A DNA stretch of 63,777 nt, counting the filler, from Saprolegnia diclina VS20 (lineage: Eukaryota), in assembly GCF_000281045.1 (NCBI RefSeq). It is 10 parts of 2 records of this genome, joined end to end, with 100 filler letters (N's around TTAATTAATTAA, not from the genome) between each part and the next. Parts side by side here need not be neighbours in the genome. Positions count along the whole stretch, not along the records: positions 56,384 to 60,871 come from NW_008246079.1; positions 60,972 to 62,032 come from NW_008246079.1; positions 62,133 to 63,777 come from NW_008246080.1; 7 more parts are not named here. One strand, 5' to 3'. The position numbers and the translations under genes are program-made. Shown here one piece after another: positions 58,925 to 63,777 of this stretch (position 1 is its first letter; each line of letters begins with the position of its first letter). Below the pieces are notes generated by a model. It worked only from the letters and a program-made list of their open reading frames with translations, ran no database searches and was not told where the DNA came from.

Positions 58925-60377
58925 CATCGTGGCCCGATTTATGAACCAAAGGTGATTTGTGTGCACTGTTGCTCGCTGCACTTTACAGCGGACAGGCCCG
59001 AGCATGATTAGTCCGGTGACTCTGTTTGTCTCAATGATTTAATATCCTGAACACAAAACGTTGTGTTTAGAAAGGGCTGCATCGAGGACTTCAGGACTTC
59101 TGGTTTGCCAATATTGAATGGATCGCGAGTATCTTTCGAACGATCGAATAGACTCGACTATAGATGCAAGGATGTACCCATGGTCCTGTTTTCTCGAGTG
59201 AATTTCGCTTCGAAGAAATGGAAGGATCCGAAAATGGGTGCCACGAGGGTGCGTCGCCCCATGCACTGGCCTCTATCCATCAAGTGCTATGGTGTACAGT
59301 AATGTTTTTTGTATAGAGACACGGTCCGTAGATCCGGTGGCCCATCACGGTACAACATACGCCATTCTTGTCGGCGTAATTGTTGAAGCTTGTTCGGTCA
59401 TGTGAGCGAGTGGCGTGGTCGTCAAAGGTGCGACGCCAAAAGACTTTCTGATCAAAATATGTCAGTAACCAAACACATGTTTCGAAAGCTCATCATTGCT
59501 GATGTTTACGTGGTGAGCCATCCAATCTTTGGACTCTGCGACGGCTTTGGATATAAAAGAACCATGAAGCCGCACCAAAACCCGATATTGAAGCTCCCAA
59601 GCTCCTTTGTACCCCCACAATACAAGGATATTTAAATCTAGAGGATACACGTTGACGAGTTTGATTTCTACCTACAAATCCAAGGTTGGCCCAGTACGGA
59701 AATAAAGCTGTACTAGTACATGGGCCGCTTAGCCGTCCACTTGAAATTTCGCGAGAACTTACCCGCGCACAAGCAGCCACGAAGTCCTAAACTCGTCCAA
59801 CAGGCGATCTGATCGGCGGCATCTCGTACATCCTATCGGACGAGATATCATGACTGCACCTGGCTTCCGGGGAAGACTTGAGTCGACAAGAACGTCTTAC
59901 GACAATACCTTCAATCTCGTGGTTCGTCATGTCTACTTGTGGCTGTAGTTGAACGGCGCCAACGCGGCTCGAATTCTACTTGTGCTCACTTATGGTCATC
60001 AAAGTCCCTGTATCATGTCGGTGTTATGGGCTGGTCGTAGAGCACTGGTACACCGGAGCCGTAGACGATAACACCGTTGCTCCCAATGTGTATCAATGTC
60101 ATTGACGGGCTTTCATCCCGTGATGCCTTGAAGCGCGGAGGGCACCACCAAATCCAACCATGCGCGGCAACGGTATCATGACGTCATGATGCATCCAAGG
60201 GCTGTCTTCAGGAAGCATACATACAAGTAGCCACCGTGGTAACATTGATGTCCACGCAAACGCCGATCCTTTGGCACGCGAAAGGCGACCGCGGCGTCAC
60301 GGGCAACCAACTATCTTATTAGCGTGACCAATTCAGGCGTCTAAAAAATCTGTCGTGCTGAGTCATTTCGACATCGT

Positions 60378-60871
60378 AGCGGGCTGTTCTCGCTGCGTGG
60401 GAGCGTGCAGCTGCGCATCTAAGTCGTTTGTATGTGTACCTCTATCCGTTCTTAGAGCTTATCCGGTGGACAATCACCGATGACTGCGCTGCCGCCGAGA
60501 ACTCTGGACGCCCAGTTGCATCGGCGCTCCAACGCGCGTTCCCGAGCCAAAAAAACACGGTCCTCGGGTTCTTCAGATATAGATTCTGTACCGGTAAACC
60601 CACGGCCGCGCCCAACGATCGGGTAAAAGTTGCTGCTTCTGATTTCGACCGCCGACTTTGACAACAAGCGACTTGGCATGTGGTATCTGCATGTGGTCAA
60701 CTTCAATCAAGGGAATATTCCCTTGACTTCAATTTGCGCTGTGAAAAGGTGATGCAGCCAATCAAACGTCGTTAGGGATAGGTGCCACTGCAAGGTCGCC
60801 CGCCGATTGGCCGAATCCGGATGCATACCCACGATATGGCCAAACATCCGCGCCACCACGTGGCACGGCTT
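60378..60871. repeat. Composite repeat matching 56384-56758 (direct) and 58735-58924 (inverted)
   Basis: Direct visual alignment; runs into a linker gap. Confidence 0.9.
60700..60733. mobile_element. Second copy of the 18-bp palindrome with 8-bp TSD
   Basis: ACTTCAAT [CAAGGGAATATTCCCTTG] ACTTCAAT, carried within the duplicated block. Confidence 0.7.
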
Positions 60872-60972
60872 NNNNNNNNNNNNNNNNNNNNNNNNNNNNN
60901 NNNNNNNNNNNNNNNTTAATTAATTAANNNNNNNNNNNNNNNNNNNNNNNNNNNNNNNNNNNNNNNNNNNNA

Positions 60973-61215
60973 GGCATCTTTACGCCGATCCGCCTCAACT
61001 TCAACTTTGACATCGAGTGCCTCTCGCTGAACGGCCACGACTGCGTCTGGACGAGCTCGGAAGCGGCGTGCCGCGCACAACTGGCGCAGCCGGTTGCGCC
61101 GCTGAACCCGCTTGCGTGCGGCGCGATGCACAAGGCAGCGTGGGGCTTGACCGGCTACGACGACGCTAGCCACTGGTGCACCAAAGCCTATGCATTCTTC
61201 CTCGCGTCAACGTAA
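60973..61215 (+). CDS. 3' end of a Cys-rich, probably extracellular protein (not in ORF track)
   Basis: Hand translation from the gap: GIFTPIRLNFNFDIECLSLNGHDCVWTSSEAAC...PLACGAMHKAAWGLTGYDDASHWCTKAYAFFLAST*. Confidence 0.75.
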   Translation, partial: GIFTPIRLNFNFDIECLSLNGHDCVWTSSEAACRAQLAQPVAPLNPLACGAMHKAAWGLTGYDDASHWCTKAYAFFLAST

Positions 61216-62132
61216 AACGTAATTGAGATGCAGCCATTTGACTCGTATGTTCTGACGTGGCAGCACTGCGACGCATCTGGTCATACAGCGTGAACGACGT
61301 CAACCTGGTTCGCTTGCACCCATGAGTAAGGTGGTGTGCGCAAATCCTACTTGGTTGGAAAAAGAGAGTTCTTATTGGTATGGTCTCAGGAAGTAGTCGT
61401 CGCGGACTGGCGCAAAGGGATTGAAGTGGTCTCGAAACATCCTCGGAAGCTCTGCGGGTGCCCACGTCAGTTGAGCGGCTTTCCGTTGACCGTGCTACGC
61501 TGCCTTTGCGGTGTAGTCGTCATATCAGACGCTGCTGCTTCAACGGAGAAGGGCCTCGCTTTTGTTGAGGCAACGTGGCTACTCGTGGCACGGCTCGGCT
61601 CGGTCGTGGACGTCAAGCATCAGATTTTCCGTAGAAGTTCTTGGAAACGTAATGCTTTGGAGCATGGCTATGCCGGCGGCTGCGTGTCGCGCACCGACTC
61701 GAGGAGGAGATGCAGTCACATCGAGCTCGTGTCTTTTCGCAGCTGCGGCTCCGACAACAAGTAAGCTCGAGCGCCAATTTGCAAGCACCATCTTGGTTTG
61801 CGACGGTAGGAGAAAGAAGGATGCATCCAATTCGCTGATCGCTGATCGCTCTCGATCGATCGCAAGGATCTTGGAGCTTTCGTGGCATATGAGAAGATTA
61901 CACCGTCGCGCTGCTCTTGGATGATTGCTGACCGGGATCATCCCACGCCGCACATACTGCAAGCCTGCGAAGCGGTTGATACGACATGGTCATTTCTTGC
62001 ACAGCACGTGGTCTTTGGCGCTTGGACAAAGCNNNNNNNNNNNNNNNNNNNNNNNNNNNNNNNNNNNNNNNNNNNNTTAATTAATTAANNNNNNNNNNNN
62101 NNNNNNNNNNNNNNNNNNNNNNNNNNNNNNNN

Positions 62133-62687
62133 CGCCGGCGTCTTGGTCGTAGCACACGGCGTCGTCGCCACAGGCGTCGTTGGCACCGAGGTCGTCGTCG
62201 TCGGGGTGGCACAAGGCGTCGTCGGGGTGGCACAAGGCGTCGTCGGCGAGCTAGTTGTCGTTGGTGACGGCGTTACCGTTGTCGTAGCGGGAGTGGCTGT
62301 GAAAGGCGCTTCCGTTGTAGAAATGGGGCACGGAGTCGACGTAGCGGTCGTTGGCAAAGGCTTTGTCGTCTTGGTGGTGGACGTAGGCATCGGGGTGCGC
62401 GTAGGCTTTTTCGTCGTAGGTTTGGGGGAGCGCGTAGGCTTTTGCGTCGTAGACTTCGGGGTGCGCGTAGGCTTGGGGCTGTGCGTAGGTGTGGGGCCGC
62501 GCGTCGGCAGCATGGTTGAAGGGGAAGGCGTCACGGGTGCCTCCGTCGGGTAGCCGTAGGCGTACGAATCGAAGTCGTCCGATCCGTACACAGCAATCGT
62601 CTCGGTGCCGTCTTGAGCTTGGGCCTGGGCCTCGCGGGCCATGGCGAGGAGGGTGATACCGAGGAAGATAGCTTTGGCAGAGACCAT
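62133..62687 (-). CDS. Secreted Thr/Pro-rich mucin-like protein, truncated by gap
   Basis: Signal peptide MVSAKAIFLGITLLAMAREAQA followed by KPTRTP and TTPCAT repeats. Confidence 0.82.
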
Positions 62688-62943
62688 TTCGACGGTTGAC
62701 AGTTGGGTTTGGCTCGACGAGGCACGAGAAGATTGGGGAATGAGCACTCTCACAACGTTAAGGCCTGGTAGAGGCCTAGTAGCACTCCCACCACCAGCAC
62801 GTCATGCGTAGGGCACTGCATGCTGCCGTTCGGCAAATGGTAGGCACCGTATGTGCTCAAAACAAGCTATTTGTGCACGTGGTGCCTGGAAATGCCGCAT
62901 GAATCGACACCAGTTGCTCTAAAATATCGTCTTTACCGGTAAC

Positions 62944-63243
62944 TTGGCCACTGGGTGCGGATTAAAAATGAGCGGAGCCCGGCAGAAAAATGAGCGAGGC
63001 TGGAAACGGCAGAAAAATGAGCGAAATTGCCCACAATTACCCTTCCCCTTTCCCTGGCAGAGCCTTTGGCGGGCCAAGAGTGCCGGCTCGGGTTAAATTG
63101 GACAACGGATTTGCACTTCGTGCAAACCCGCAGCCGATTTAACCCTTTCTACACATCACGTCCGCTCATTTTTCTGCCGTTTCCAGCCTCGCTCATTTTT
63201 CTGCCGGGCTCCGCTCATTTTTAATCTTTTTTCCTTGGCCACT
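62944..63243. mobile_element. About 282-bp MITE with 64-bp inverted repeats and 9-bp TSD (Mutator- or Merlin-like)
   Basis: 62960-63023 is the exact reverse complement of 63163-63226. The element runs GG...CC (62953-63234) and is flanked by TTGGCCACT on both sides. Confidence 0.85.
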
Positions 63244-63777
63244 GTGGTCAGACCTTGCCGGTTTCACAACGGGTTATATCACGTCGTGCGGCCACGTCTT
63301 TCTATCGCCTCGATGCTAGTCTCGCCTCTGTTCGTGCAAATTGCGCGCCGGCGTGCGAATGCAGGTATCGGGAGCCACCAACAAACCTTGCGTGTTCTCT
63401 AGAGCTTCGAGGTGCCCTGTGGGGACAGGAGAACCGAGAACCTGGCCATCGACGGTTGCTGCGGTACGAAGACAAAGGCGACGGGAGCACCACTGAGACG
63501 CGTACTCCAGTTGACTGAAATACAGTGACGTCTGTCGAAAGTCGTGCGGTAGAGAAGCCTGCAACGCTGCCACGCAACGACCTGGGCCGCCAATCACAGA
63601 CCACAGCGGTGGATCGTATCGTCCGGATATGAGCACTAACTCATGAACTCGTACCAACGCAACCCTGCGGGGTTTGGTGTCGAGGCATGGATACTTCCAT
63701 ACTTGAGGTATATCAAAGCGCTTCTTTGCCCCATCCGAGGCGCCCCGTTTCTTAGGACGCACCAAGATCACGCTGCC

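Noticed and set aside
60175..60190. 16-bp palindrome ATCATGACGTCATGAT
   Set aside because: No flanking target-site duplication and no nearby gene start, so it cannot be supported as a micro-element or a bZIP site.

Overview
Eukaryotic, GC-rich, gene-dense draft scaffold with short GT-AG introns (mostly about 42-60 nt). The gene families and intron sizes suggest an oomycete, probably Saprolegniales (inference). Contigs are joined by artificial N44-TTAATTAATTAA-N44 linkers, so adjacency across those points is unverified. Coding content: three helicase-associated (HA) repeat proteins, a large frameshifted multi-pass membrane protein, Sec1/Munc18, a cluster of about seven MATE transporter genes or fragments with a 1.6-kb near-identical duplication, an FHA-RINGv-FHA ligase, an LRR protein, sepiapterin reductase beside a folate-biopterin transporter, an EDR2-like PH-START protein, two PLAC8 genes, MFS and AAAP permeases, and secreted-protein fragments. 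The two most unusual signals are: (1) an intronless, helicase-less Dicer-like gene (platform-PAZ-RNase IIIa/b) with degenerate catalytic residues, co-oriented between a ZnF-ankyrin gene and a gene with eight or more Tudor-like repeats; (2) several 18-34 bp palindromic insertions with CA(A/G/T)GG ends and 8-bp target-site duplications, one of which has an empty site in the same window. All protein family calls come from motif recognition by eye; no searches were run.
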